NCBI GenBank assembly: GCA_013239625.1
Contig: MU053994.1
Coordinates: forward strand, 1,429,775-1,493,774
Length of the DNA stretch: 64,000 nt
Direction of reading: 5' to 3'
From: Lama guanicoe
Lineage: Eukaryota
Of this stretch, positions 47,951-61,221 are shown one piece after another. The translations under genes were made by a program, and so were the position numbers. The stretch's first letter is position 1. The number at the start of each line of letters is the position of its first letter. A model generated the notes under the pieces. It saw only the letters and a list, made by a program, of their open reading frames with translations, had not been told where the DNA came from and did not search any database.

Positions 47951-50477
47951 CTAATAGTGTTATTATGTCTTCCCACTAGACTGGAGACTTTTTTGGAGTA
48001 GGATCTTTGTCTTACCCATCTTTTTATCCTCTCTAATGCCTAATTGGGCTCCTTTAAAGCACTCATTCAATGAATAGAATCAAGCATTAATATAGAAAGT
48101 TGCTCTTTTGCTTGAGCAGTTCTCGCAAATCCTTATTCAGCCTTTAGTGATGAGCCTGAGCTTGTCACAGCAGATGAAAGCTTCAGGATTGAGGGTGTTC
48201 TGTTCAAAGCAATGGTTATAGTAGGCCTTGGGGGTATTTTGTTGAGTTTTGTGTGTAGTTAAGGAATCTAATAGTGTTTTGATTTGTTTCTCAATTAGAA
48301 ATGCTACGCATAGAATTTCATGGAAAAGAAGCATTTCGTCTTCAAAGGAAGTTGTGAGGAATATGGAAACACGGACCCCTCTGCCTTCCAACTTCAAGTG
48401 TGAGTCTTACGTGAATTCTTTACTCAGTCTGGAGTTTAACCTCTGAAAAGCTGGCTATGGAGATGGGAGGGAGTGATGACTAGGGCAGGGCCCAGTGGCA
48501 TCTGTCTCTTTAAGAAACAGACATGAAACCTAATTAGCATAGACTGGTTGCAATTAACATATAAGTCCCAGTTCTGGGAGTTGGAGGAAGGGAAAAGGAT
48601 AGAGCTAAAACTTAATGGGGTTTTGTTAGACAAAATTAGCTTCCTCAGAACAGCCATAAAAATATCTAAATTATGAGAGCCTCTTGCCATTTGCCATTAA
48701 CATGAAGGGACATGCTAATATTTTGTGGCGCCATGTCCTAGAAATTAACTGCAGTGAAGGAAGCCCCAGGGGCATCCCCGTGAGCAATAAGGGCATGTCC
48801 ACTGACTCGACTGTTACCAAACTGCTTGACTAAATGTTTCACAGAAACTTAGATTCTACAAATCACACATGTCTCAGCCAGTCTTTTTGACAATGGTTCC
48901 AGAATTGTAGGGTGACACCTCCATGGGTGATATATGGAAAGCTAGAATCTCTTTGTATAGTCTTTGAGTTTGGGTACTATTTTCCTTAAAAGAAGACATT
49001 CCTAAGGCTGATTTATAGACATTTGAAGATGCCTCCAATTCTTTCCCTCCCCATCCTTACACTCAGAGAAAATCAGCCTATTTGCTTTTCGTATGGTGCC
49101 AAACCAACTGGTATGAGTTTCATTGTAGATTCCTCCCATAGTTTTACTTCTTGCCTTCTCTTGAGGGAAAGGGGAAAACCATTATCCTCTATTTTATTCT
49201 CCTAAAAGTCACCAACGGTCACCTAAACATACATAGGATTCATTTTTTGTGGTCTTCAGTTTCCTTGACCCCATTTCATTAGACAGAGTTGACCAGTCTC
49301 CCCTGCTTTGACATCCATACCGCTTTTCTCTGAGGCTTTCGCTCTGCTCTTGCTCTTTTAGTGGGTCCCCTTTCTCCTTTCACATCTACAGGCATTGCCC
49401 TTGACTCCTGGCCTCCGTCCTAGGGTCTTCTTTTACTATCCTCTTTGAAGATGAATTATTCATCATTTGCTGGTGTCCACCTTCACTTATAGGCTAGTGT
49501 CACTCAAATCTGAAACCTAGGGCCAACTATTTAGCCCTATGTTTCAAACTTTCAGCAGGATATCCACATTTGGAGTTCCTACTTTCACTCCCAATTCAGT
49601 GTGCCCAAACCCCAGTCCATTATCCTCTCCTATTTTCTGAAGGTGCTCATCATTTCCTCCCTACCCCTCATCTGCCTCTTTACAGCTCTGGAAAGTACGT
49701 CCTATATACTTATCATTCTCATCCTCCTCCACAGCTGACTGGATCAGGACCCATAAACACCTGACCCAGGAGCTCATCTGTTGGGTGGTCCACAGCCGTC
49801 AGATCCTCACTCTCAAGAATTTGAACTCAATTGAGAACAAGAGCATCCTGGAATTGCTCAGTGGAGTGAAGAGCCATAAAATCTGGCTATTGAGATCTCC
49901 AAGCTTAGCCTCTTTCTTGCCCTTTCTAAGGCTTGGGTGGTCAACTTCCCCTTGCATTCTGAAGGATACCCTGAATCTTCCAACAAGTTACAATTCTAAG
50001 TGAGTCCTAACAATTTTTTGGCAGCCATGAAATTTCTGACTGAATCACACATGATTTGCCTGCCCTTCCCAACTTTCCTTTCTGTATCTTGAAACTATTA
50101 TTCTTCCAGGTTTCAAAAAGATAAACTTTGGAGGCATCTCTGAAGTCATCCTTTGCTACTTTATAGCTGATCTGTCTTAATGACTTTCTATTCCTTCCTC
50201 TGAAATACCCTTGAGATTTTAGATCCTCGCTTATCCAAGCTCTGATCACCTTCAAGCTGGGCTTCTCCACTCTAAGCTCTACCTTTTCAATCTATCCTTC
50301 ATTTCTTCTTAAAATACTGCTCTCATCAAAGTATCCCTCTGCCAGAGAACCTCTGTGGGCTCTTGATTGCCTTTTGCTCCTCCTGATGTTCAGGACCTCC
50401 ATTTATCTTGACCACCCAATTTATTTTAGTCCCTTTCAAATCAATTTATCCTACATACAAACTTGGCTATTCCCCAG

Positions 50478-51007
50478 TGTTTCAGCTTTAGTTGTATAAC
50501 AAGCCATTCCAAAATTTAGTGATTTAAAACAGTACCTATTTTATTTAGCTCTTGATTCTGTGGGTTGGCTAGGTATGGCTTCTGGTCTGAAGTGGTTTGA
50601 CTGGTCTCTGCTGGGCTTGCTCATGCATCTGGGGTCAGCTGGCGAGTTGACTGGAGTTTGGATGATCAAGAATAATCTCCCTTTTAAGTCTGGAGGTAGC
50701 AGACTGTTGGCTACGGTGCCCCAGTTCTCCTCCATGTAGCCTCTCCAGTAGGTTAGTTCAAGCTCATTCACATGGTGTTCTAATGATCCCAAGCACGGCA
50801 AGAGGACAAGCCCCAAGGGGTAAGTCCTTTTTTAACCTCTGCCTATGTCTCATTTATTAATGAGCCCATTGGCTAAAGCCAGTCACGTAGATTGAAGGAG
50901 AAGGGAAATAGACCCCATCTTTTGATGGGAGGAGCTGCAATGTCACATTGCAGGGAAGTGAACGCAGAGAGGCAAATAATTTGTAAGCATTTTTATAATC
51001 CACCATC
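50478..51007 (-). mobile_element. MaLR MLT1G/H-like solo LTR
   Basis: 'ccaaaatttagtgatttaaaaca...gattctgtgggttggct...cccattggctaaagccagtcac...tttgatgggaggagctgcaatgtcacattgca'; 4/5 TSD cccag/ctcag. Confidence 0.85.
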
Positions 51008-52969
51008 CTCAGCATGAACAGGGAGTAAGTCTCATTAGTATTCTCTTCTTGTCCGTTCTGTCATGGGAGTATCCTCCCTCTCTGCGCTTTCCCCTTAATT
51101 CAGATTCTTCTTCCCAAAGGTTAGGGACAACTTGCCTCCTCTTTGAACTCTGCTCTAAGGATCCCCAAACAACCAGCTCTCCACCATTTCTGATCTCTGC
51201 CCCCTCCCTTACTTTTTGTTATTTTCTGATCATTTCTTGAACTCATGTCTGCCTTTTGAATTGGAATACAAATTAACCAAGGATGATTTTTCATATCTTT
51301 ATTATGAAATATATATGTATAGTTTTCACATATCTTTACTTTCATGTCTAGTACTGGGCCTAGCATCTGGGAGGTGCCAAATAATACTTGTTGGTTATTT
51401 GCTATCAAGGAATAGCTCAGGATTTTCCTCAAAGCCATTTTTCTCTTAAATTCATTTAAGTTAAAAAAAAATAACTGTATGCCCCTAGCATTCTGAAGGA
51501 GGCAGTAGGGAAAATTCAGATGGTGTAATGATTTCAGCTTTCCGACCAGGTGAGAATCACAGCTCCAGTCCGAATGCGCCTCCTACCTGTGGGCTCCGAA
51601 TGGACAAGAAGAAATCTTGTGGGCCTCCTCAGATAGTTTTCTTCAACCCTCAGGCCTCACAACCACGCTTCAAGGCCCTTAGTTGTCACTCTGTAGGCTC
51701 AATGCCATACTGCATGGCTGGCAATCAATGTCTTTCTCACTCATGGCTTGCCTGTTGAGAGAAGCCCAAGAAAAATACCATCTTCCGGGCCTCACCAAGG
51801 ATAGTTTGGGGACCACAATCTGGAAATACCCTTTGCCTGTGGGCTGTAATTTTCCCTGGCGTCCTGCTCTGTTAGAGCTTTATTTTCTGTGTTTGCAGGG
51901 AACCTCCACAGACAGGTTGGCATAGAACCTGCCTCCTGAAGGCCTCTGCACCAGTCATTTCTCTCATTGCTTAGATCCCCTTTGCCTCCCATACTGGCTG
52001 ATCCAGGGCCCCGTTTTCCTAATTTGTTTGATCCTGGAGTATGTTGTCTGTCTCTTGGGTTGCACGTCAGGCTGACTCTCAGAAATACCTTCTGAAATCT
52101 GATAGGTGTCCCTTCTCTCATTTCCCTTTCTGAGAACTTGGAAATGAATCCAGGAAACCCTAGTCATATTTAGCCACTGATTTTGTTTATAGCACTCTCA
52201 AAAATAAAAACATCAAACACCAAAACAAGGCTTAACTTCTAGACCATTGGGGTGATGGGAAATGATGGCTCAAGCTCAAAGATGCTCTGCTGTTTGTGAT
52301 CCTGACACTGCGTTTTTACACTGAGGGCTCTTTCTGGTGGTATAAGAAATTATGTGCCTCTGGAAAGATGGAGAAGGGTGGATAAGGAAAGTGCATGCAC
52401 ATGCGCGCTCACGTTTCAGTGTGTTTCGGTGTGTATGTGTGTGTAAAGAACAGCAGGTTTCCCAGTCTGAGAAATTTTTCGGCTGTGGGACGAGATTTGC
52501 TTGCCCTTCTGTGTCGCGCAGACTCAGTATGTTTGCAGCACGTCGTTGGGGTACCTGCATCTCAAATCACTGGCTCTGTGCAGCCTTGATGAGGCGCCCG
52601 ATTTACATATTCTCAATTTAATCTAAAGTAGGTACTAATTGATTACTGCTGAATGTCTGCACGCTCTGATTATCTGTTCAGATCCTGAGGTGGGTGGGGG
52701 ACTAGCAAGGAATCTTTCTTCTGTGAGTAGGATTTGGTTTTCTCTGATCCAAGGAGCAAGTATTTGCTAAGCCTGGAGGCCCAGCAAACCCCCACAGCCT
52801 TTCCCCACATTTACCCCCAATTGTTGGAACCACCAGTTCCAACACTGGGTTTTTTTTTTATGTTGTAGAATAAACTATTCTCTATCAAGTTATTTAGCAT
52901 TTATCAAACAAATATTTTAGAAATGTCTCCCAAGTATATGTTATTGTCATCTCCATAAAGGTGGGATTC

Positions 52970-53175
52970 TGTCAGGCTTGAGAGTATAGATTCTGAGCCA
53001 AATCCAGGCTGTCAGTCACTAGCTGTGTGACTTTGGGCAAGTTGCTTAACTTCTCTGTGCCTCAGTTCAGCTGCGTGTATATAAATGGGCTTAATAGCAG
53101 TCCCCAACTCACAGGGTTGTCATGAAGATGAAAAGAGTGCATCCATGAAAATCACCTAGCGCAGCATCAATCCGC
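52970..53175 (+). mobile_element. MIR SINE
   Basis: 'ctagctgtgtgactttgggcaagttgcttaacttctctgtgcctcagtt'. Confidence 0.92.
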
Positions 53176-53644
53176 TGTGTAGTGCTGCTGCTTCACAGCT
53201 CTGTGGACGGTTTGCTGGGGGAGGCAAGGATCTTGATTAAAGTTCCCTTAGGGAATTTTAGGGTCTTCATTCATTTTCGCCTTATCTGTCCTGCATCATC
53301 TCAGGTATCAACAATGACAGGGAGCAGGTATAAGAAAATATAGATCTTGCTCCGGGGGTGTTGTGAGCCAAAAGCCTTCTGAAAAGGCTTTTCCTGTCAG
53401 TCAGGGTAAGGAGTAGGAAGGAGGAAGGGGAAGCTAAGGGTGGGAGGTCAGTGAACATTCACTGGACACCTTCTGTATGTCAGGCTCCATGTTGGTACTG
53501 GTGACACAAACATGAAAGCTATGGCCTCCTCCCTGAAGGACTGAGTGGCACTGCTCCAACAGCTATAGTACAGCATGTTTCCTCTGTTATTGCTCCTCAG
53601 GCATTTATTTTAGGTTTCATCCCTGCAGCTGAATTGCTGGTCTG

Positions 53645-53862
53645 TTTTTTTTTCCTTGTTATTGATGTGTAACATACACACAGAAGAAATGCATGAGTCG
53701 TAAGTGCACAGCTCAGTGAGTCATCACAGAGTGAACACACTGTACAAGCAGCATCCAGATCAAGAGAAGGAACGTGACCGGCCCTCAGAAGCCCCCCTCC
53801 TGCCTGTGCTCCCCTCCAGTCACTACCATCCCCCAATAGGTAATCAGCTTCCTGACTCTGAG
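53645..53862 (-). mobile_element. L1ME/L1MD-type 3' end fragment
   Basis: 'ttattgatgtgtaacatacacacaga...taagtgcacagctcagtga...tcacagagtgaacacac...ccagatcaaga...cagaagcccccctc'. Confidence 0.78.
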
Positions 53863-54458
53863 TCCCACCCTCAGGTTTCCCAGCTGGGTGCTAGTCCTCG
53901 GCCAAGAGAAGCTCGGGAAGCAGGGTGGGGAGATGTTTCAAGATCAGGCATGATGGGAAATGTCTGGATCATCACGATAATGCTCTAGCCCCTGGTGCCT
54001 GTGTGACTCCCCTTAAGACTCCTTTGACTTTTTCAAAGGGAAAACCATTCGTGGCTGCTTCATACCAGAGCCAGCATCAGGCAGAGCAGGGCAGCCTTTC
54101 TGTTGGTCTGAGCAAGTCCCCATCCAGAAATGTGTTCAGTGAAGGGCCGGGATTTCTCATCCTTGGCCACCCTGGCTCCTGGGATCTCTTCCAAAGCCAG
54201 GCATATAAGCAAAAGAAGGCCCCCTGATACCTTGGAAAGCTGACGCTTAACCAGGAAATAGCTTAGCAGGGATGACTGTAGTTAACCCTCTCAGAATTTC
54301 CCTCTTGATTCAGAGAATTCAGGGTCTTAAGAGAATGGGAAACAGGAGAGGTAGATTTTGCCAGGGCCATCCAGGACATCACAGTGAGGAGTTCTGATCA
54401 ATCGGGGAGGGGGAGGGGGCATTGCCAGGAAAGCACTTGCGGAGAATAGCAGAGTAGT

Positions 54459-55039
54459 TGTTCCAGTTATCTATTGCTGCATCACAAACCTTTCCAAACT
54501 TAGTGAAGTGAAACAACAACCGTTTTATATGTTCAGGGAAGCTGTGGGTCAGAAATTCAGATAGGGCACAGCAGGGGCGCTTGTCTCTGCCTCAGCTGGG
54601 AAGACTTGAACTGCAGAAGGCTGGATCGTCTGGAAGCTTCTTCACTACATGTCTGGCACCTGGGCTAGGATGAGATGAAGGCTGGGCTGAGCTGGGACCA
54701 TAGACAGGTGGTCCACACTGCAGCCTCTCCACGTGGCCTGGGCTTTTCATAGCACAGAGGCTGAGTTTCAAGAAAGAGCATCCCAAAGGCAAGTGTCCCA
54801 AGGGCCCCAAGCAGAAGTTGCCTGACTCTTTCTGACCTAGCTCAGAAGTCTAAGAAGTTACATGCGTCATTTCCGCCACATTCTGCTGGCTACCTGCAAA
54901 TCACTGAGGTCGGTTCACGTTCAGGGGGAAGGGAATTCGACTCCACGTCCTGATGCAGGAGTGGCAGGTCCTACTGTAGAACTGATTGTGGGATAGGAGC
55001 TTTTGTTGCAGCCCGCTCTGGAAAATACTGTCTTCCACT
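54459..55039 (-). mobile_element. MaLR MLT1H-like solo LTR inserted into the 5' end of a MIR
   Basis: 'tgttccagttatctattgctgcatcacaaacc'; perfect 5-bp TSD GTAGT (54454-54458, 55040-55044). Confidence 0.9.
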
Positions 55040-55275
55040 GTAGTTATTAACAGCTGGGACTCTGGAGTATGACCCACCTGGCTTCATTTCCTGGCTCCGA
55101 CGCATATTAGCTGTGTAACTTCACAAGTTTCTTAACCACTCTGTGCCTCAGCTGCCATGTGAATGAAATTGAAATAATAATTCTGTCATCATGAGGTTAT
55201 TGTAAAAATTCAACAATGTGAGCCATGCATGATGTAAGCAGAATGCCTAACACATTGTAAGTGGTCAGAAATGTC
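55040..55275 (+). mobile_element. MIR SINE
   Basis: 'gggactctggag...cctggctcc...ttagctgtgtaac...cttaaccactctgtgcctcag'. Confidence 0.85.
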
Positions 55276-55444
55276 ACCTTTAACTGAGACCCAGGGAGGC
55301 GACTGCTCAGGATTGGCCTCACCCATGACACCTTTCCTTAGGCTCATCTTAGTGAGAAGGTGAATCACGCCAGTCCCATACCAGGCAGTATAGCAGCCCA
55401 GAGCCTACTAGCAGTTAACAAGAATTACAGACACTAGCCCTAGG

Positions 55445-55640
55445 GGATAGCACTCTACAGTTTACAAAGCACTTCCATACTCATCCTTCATTTAATCCTC
55501 CAGGCAACTCTGTGGGGCACACAGGATTCCCATTTTACAGAGGAGGCTTATCAAGATGTGACTTACCCACGGTCACATAGCTAGTAAATTACAGAGCAAG
55601 GCCACCATCCCGGCGTTCCCCTCCAAAGCCCTTGCTCTTA
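55445..55640 (-). mobile_element. MIR SINE
   Basis: 'acagtttacaaagcactt...tcatttaatcctc...cccattttacaga...ggtcacatagctagtaa'. Confidence 0.85.
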
Positions 55641-56354
55641 TCTTCTCTGATAATCTCAAGGGCATTGCTAAATTATCAAAAGAAAAATACCGTTTAATTA
55701 GAATTTGATTAATTTGAAAGTGCCCTGAAGTCCCACTACAAGTGAGGAGAAAGGAAAGAGGTCAGATTTCCAATAGCTGTGGAATGCCAGAGCCAAAACA
55801 AGATGACTGCCACGTGCAAGAGGGGACTGAAAGTTATCACTTGCCTCCAAAGAGCTTAAAGGCATTCCTGAAAAAATGTCCCATAATGCTTTTCAAATTT
55901 GAGAGCTAATTGCTCAGCCGTACAGCACCTTTTGCTCTGTGAACTCAGAATCACCCCTCACTCCCTAAAACCAAGAAGCTAGTGGTGCTCTCTTCCTTCT
56001 GTGTTTCCCTTCAGATTTCAGTCCACCCACATCAACATCAAAATGCACAAATTCAGGGAAAGCATTGTAAATCCTGCCTTTCTGGTATTTTCCATTTCTG
56101 TGACAGGAGGAAGGATGGTGCTTTCATCCACTTTTGGAAACAAACCAAAACACCCATAAATATTCAAGCTTATAATATTGACTTAAAGCTCAGTTAGAGC
56201 CCAGGCGGCAGTCAGCTCCTGATTATCCATGTGTGACTTATCCACAGCTAATTTTAAAACTCAAAATTACTTCCTTCGAACTTGCAGCGCACCCTTGGCC
56301 CCCTCTGCGGGGGTTGGCTAGGGGGCGCGGGGAGATGAGGTGGAACTGTGCCAA

Positions 56355-56522
56355 GCTGGGGGTCTGACGACCCTGCCTCTGCTCTTGACACAACTCCTGA
56401 TTAGCTGTGTGACCTTGAGCACATGTCTTTACCTCCTGGGACCGCCTAGGTTTTTCAACTGTAAAATGAGGAAGCTTGGCTTTATGCTTTTTAAGATCCT
56501 TTCTCGCTCTAAAATTCCATGA
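56355..56522 (+). mobile_element. MIR/MIR3-like SINE
   Basis: 'ttagctgtgtgaccttgagcaca...ctgtaaaatgagg...taagatcctttctcgctctaaaattc'. Confidence 0.8.
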
Positions 56523-59500
56523 GGGAGCAAAGTAGTCAAAAGAAACGGGAAGATAAGCTTGCGGCAGAGATACAGCATTGAAATCGATAGTCCAAAAGAC
56601 CCATTTTCTGAACAAGATGGTGTGGAGCTTTAGAACTGGTGAATGGCAGGTCCAAGCCTAGCACCCAAGACTCCAATGGTTATTTCATGAATTCCATGGA
56701 TGAACACGCAAGATTTTTGTATTTCTCAAATTAAGATTCTCCTCAGTGAGCACAGATAGTCAAAGATTCGGCTCTGTCTGAACATGGAAAAGGCTATTTT
56801 TGTTTTTTTCAGAATCTTGGCCTTCCCTTCTGATGGAGCCAAGGTGGGGACCCAGAGTTGTGTGTCTGGGGGTCAAGACCACTGCCTACTGCCCCACCCC
56901 CAATAAGGCCCAATGAGGGGGATCAGCAGGAAAGCTCCTGGGTCCTTTTCCGGTCCCTTCCTCTCCCTCCCACCCACTGCCATTCCTCCCTGTTTTTTAA
57001 GGGAAAAATCTCTGGAATCTTCTTACTCCCTGCCTCAGAGCTCAACCTCCCAGACCCGGGCTCTCTTTATAAGAGGGAGGATAAGTAGTGGAGTGATGGT
57101 AGGAAGAGACTTTAAAACAGAGATGAGAGTGGATATGGTGGTGGGATCCCACCACCATGCCCCTTGACCAAACATCACAAGTGTGTGTTCTGTACCTGGC
57201 ACCCAGGTGATAAAAGACAGACAGATGCCTGTTCTTCTTGCAATGAGATCTTGGATTCAAGGAAGAGTACAGAGAGACCTATGTGAATATGGTTTTAAGA
57301 AAGTATTGTAGATGCCATGAAAGAAAGATGTACAGGACCCAGTGGTGGTGAGAATGGGAGAAGACACAGAGGAGGAAGCAGTCACCCTCATCCAGGGCAC
57401 GGGGTATCAAGAACTACTGCCTGGAAAAGGTGGTGCTTCATCCTCGAGCTGAAGTGCATTATATCAGCAACATTTTAAATGGTTGTTCAGTCTTCCGGAA
57501 GCATGGTAGTGACTCTGTGGTTCAGTCTGTTCAAGGGTGAGGTAATAGTAGGGGGCTGGCCTGCAAACTCAGGGACTTCTTGTATCATTTCTGTGGGACA
57601 AGGCCTTCTATGTTCTAAACAACTTGTAAACAATCTTTAGAATACAGAGAGTTCTTTGGATGCATACTGCCCGTGTTGCTCAGAAAGAGACCATCACCTA
57701 CTTGAACAACACATGGTGTGCAATTGCAAAACCACAATACACTTGACATTGGATGCTTCAAGGTCTGAACAAGTGCTTCCTTGTCTGGGACCCACGCTTG
57801 TCTCTAGCTAGCTGCAGTTTGCTTAGGATGAACAACAGATGAAAGAACATCCGTGGTGGAAATTCTATCACCCAGGAGAAATGTGAGAAGGGCGGCTCCC
57901 CCTTGCCTATTTGTAGACTTGTTTATACTCCCTCTGGTGGCTGATTCAGATCTGCATGTTCTGTCCTTTTGGTGTGTGAAGCAACCACACCCTATCTGAT
58001 TCCAGAAGCCCTGAGCACTGGGATCTGGTCCATGTCCACATGAGCGAACTTATGAAGGTTCAGCAGCTGTTTTGGTTTGGATTTTAACTAGCTGTTGGTT
58101 TTGGTGTTTTGAACCTCATGATGTAAATTCATATATCTTATTTTTTGTGTATCTGGCACACAGCTGGTACCATACAGCCTTATAAAACTTCATAGAATCA
58201 TAGACCTCAAGCTCCTGTCTTAATTAGGTTCTTTTGAGTTTCAAGGAGCAACAGTTGAGTAAGAATACGTCAAGATAGATAATCTCAATGGGATAAGGAT
58301 ACTTGTGACCAGGAGATGCTCTATGGCTAGGCCCTGAGAAGTGCAGAGAGTTGATGGAAGGCTCTAAAGCCAATGAGTATATAACCCCTAGGAACACGGG
58401 TGTGTGGGCTCAACAAACTCCCATCCCATCCCAGTTCCAGTTCCCTCTCTTTAAGGACTTTCTTATCATCTACTCCTCCTTACCGCACAGCTTCTGCTTG
58501 CTCTGATTTCCTTCTCCCTTATAATGTTGACTTGCAGGGGCCCCCTCTGTCTTCTGTGATTTCTCCCGGAATAATGACCCTTCAGCTTTAGATCCCTTTG
58601 CAAATGGATCCTTGCTGTCTTTGAATCAGCCAAAGGCATGGCAACCACTGTAACTGGAGTATATAGTACTCACCTGAAAGGAAACTTTGGACTCTCTATC
58701 ATATGGGAAAATTGGCACCCCCAAGAGCTGATGAGACTTACCTGAGATAATACACATAATCAAGGAGTGGTGGTAGTAGAATGAGACCTCAGTTCTCCTA
58801 CAGCCTACTGAGGTCGTTTTCACACTAAACTGTGTCGTCTCCTACGTGAGTCTGTATGGTAGGAATGCTCCCATGCACGGGTGTCTTCTTACTCACCTAT
58901 TGTGCTTGCAGTTTAGAGATAGATGGTCTTTTCTGCCTCCTTCTTTCTCCCCACCTCCTGCGTGAGCATCTAATATAGGACCTATACCAGTGGCAGAATG
59001 CCACTTAAGAGAAACATACTTAAAATTAGCTCCCTTTAATAGTGTTTGTTTCTATTAGAATTTATGGCTGGTCTATGTGCCAATGATTTCAAAGTCACTA
59101 AGTTCAAACTAAGATTGACAGTGAAGTGTCTTGGTTGCCAAGTAAGAGTCATTCGGAAAAGGGGAATTATACAGTGAACCTCAAATGAGAAACGAACTGA
59201 ATAACGAACTGAATTCTGAGTTGGCGAGGCCAACTAGAATGTAGGTAAGTTGTCAATTGAAATATTTCACCCTTTGTTTCTCTTTGGTTGAAGATATTAG
59301 AACATCATTTTGGGGTCATCCAGATTTAGAACTTCAGGTAGTTGCTTTCAATAGGACAGGCTTGAATTTAGATTTAAAAGTCTACATGACTTATGGTTTT
59401 TCCAAGACTCACTAGAAAAGAAACACTAAGGAAATCCTGATATAGCAATCACATTGACAAATTCGTTCATACAGCAAGAATGCTGCAGTTAATGCAATGG

Positions 59501-59569
59501 GATTTTTAAATAGAAGAATAAAGACACTATCATATTCACCACTGAGTTTAGCAGGTTAGCATGACTCAG

Positions 59570-59725
59570 TGAACCATCCATATAGTCATTTGTTCATTCA
59601 TTAAACATTTATTAAAAGGCTTTTATAACATAAGCACTATGCTGGGGATATTGAAGGTGGATGAGACACTGTTGCCTACAAGAAACTTACTATCTAGTGA
59701 GGAATACAGACAAGTAAAGAGAATT
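59570..59725 (-). mobile_element. L2 3' end
   Basis: 'ttcattcattaaacatttatt...agcactatgctgggga...caagaaacttactatctagtg'. Confidence 0.8.
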
Positions 59726-60334
59726 ATGACACCAGGTCTGAGGAGCTTGGATGTATCAATGACAAAGGAGGCCATGCTAAATTGTCTGGTCCTCCTGTGG
59801 TCTGACTGATTTGGCTATAATCCCATCGACCCTCTGATAACACTGTCCAGATGTCATGACTTTGTAAGCAGATGACCCTCATGCCATATGTCAATTTCCT
59901 CTGCATGAGCATTTCAGTAATTATGTTATATTCTGTTAAGCCTCATCTCTTGAGATCTGCAAAGTAAGGCACCCCCATGGGCAAGAGAAATGTTCTCTTT
60001 TGAAACCTGAGGCCATTCCTAGAGCAGATACCCTGAGAAGGATGAGTCCTCAGACAGGGACCCAGAACTTCAGGAGGAGCCTCAGACAAATGGGAGAAAG
60101 CCTCTCCGCTGCCTTATGCTTAGAAGCATCTGGACATCTGAGGTATGATGCTAGGAAGTGGGATTTAGAAATCACAAAAAAGCAAAAACTACGTCCAAGA
60201 AAGATTTCTTCTTCCTGGATCCCCCATGGATGGGAAAAGACAAGTAAGCCTCAGAAAGCAACACGTGCTTTGTAGGCCAGATTGTGCAGCTTCATGGTAC
60301 TCCCTGCTTAAAGCCCCTTGACCAGCCTCCAGCT

Positions 60335-60500
60335 CAGTGCTCATCCAAGGATGATCCAGAAGCACCTGCAGCAGATTCCCCTGGGGCGCTGGGTAAACAT
60401 GTAGATTCCTGGACTCTACCTCAAAGCCACGCCTCTGAATCAGAATGGAAAGGGAAGTGGAATTTGCATTTTAGTAAGCTCCTTAAGTTAGAAATCTCCA
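60335..60500 (+). mobile_element. MER5-like MITE
   Basis: 'ctgggtaaacatgtagattcctggactctacctc...ctgaatcagaat...gaatttgcattttagtaagctcc'. Confidence 0.7.
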
Positions 60501-60713
60501 GGTCTTGTCAGTGAGGTCTTTGGTGAAGGTTTAAGCCTTAATTTAATATGGCCCAACTGCTCCTGCTCACCAAGAAATGTGTCTTCCAAAATCATACTTG
60601 GAGATGCTAGCTTTTGTTATCACCTAGATTTGTGTTTTATTTTATTACTGGACTCTGGCATTCCCAACATCTCCTTCCACAGAATGTCCCTGTGTCATAC
60701 AATTAGTCTAGAT

Positions 60714-60935
60714 CAGGGATTGACATACTTTTTCTGTAAAGGGTCATGTTGTAAATATTTTCTACACTGTGGGTTATATAGTCTGTCACCACTACTCAAC
60801 TCTCCTATTGCAGTGCAAAAACAGCCATAAACAACACTTAAACAAATGAGTATGGTTGTGCTCCAATAAAACTTCATTTACAAAAACAGGGGACTGCTAA
60901 GATTTGGCCCATGGACAGTAGTTTGCTGACTCCTA
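60714..60935 (+). mobile_element. MER58A hAT-Charlie MITE
   Basis: 'tttttctgtaaagggtca...gtaaatatttt...actactcaactct...gcaaaaacagccata...ccaataaaactt...tagtttgctgactcct'. Confidence 0.9.
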
Positions 60936-61050
60936 GTCTAAGCTGTTAGGCATTTAAACATGTACCACCTTTTAATATCAACTCATTTTGAAATATTCTG
61001 CCTTGTACTAATGAATTAGTTGCAAAGAATGAAACCCACTTGAGTTACCT

Positions 61051-61221
61051 CAGTGGTTCTCAAACTTGAATGTCTGTCAGAATCCCCTAGAGGGTTTGTT
61101 GATTGCTGGGCCCACTCCCAGAATTTCTGACTTAATAGACTTGGAGTAAGGCCCATGAATTTGAATTTCTAACAAGTTCACAGATGATTCTGGTCTAGGG
61201 ACTACACTTTGAGGGCCACTG
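61051..61221 (-). mobile_element. MER5A MITE, nested in an ancient MaLR-like fragment (~61010-61300)
   Basis: 'cagtggttctcaaacttg...gattgctgggccccactcccagaatttctga...atttctaacaagttc...gggactacactttgag'. Confidence 0.88.

Noticed and set aside
57470..58060. Possible processed pseudogene or exon in unique-looking sequence
   Set aside because: No ORF of 60 aa or more, no protein I recognise, no poly(A)/TSD; BLASTX would be needed.
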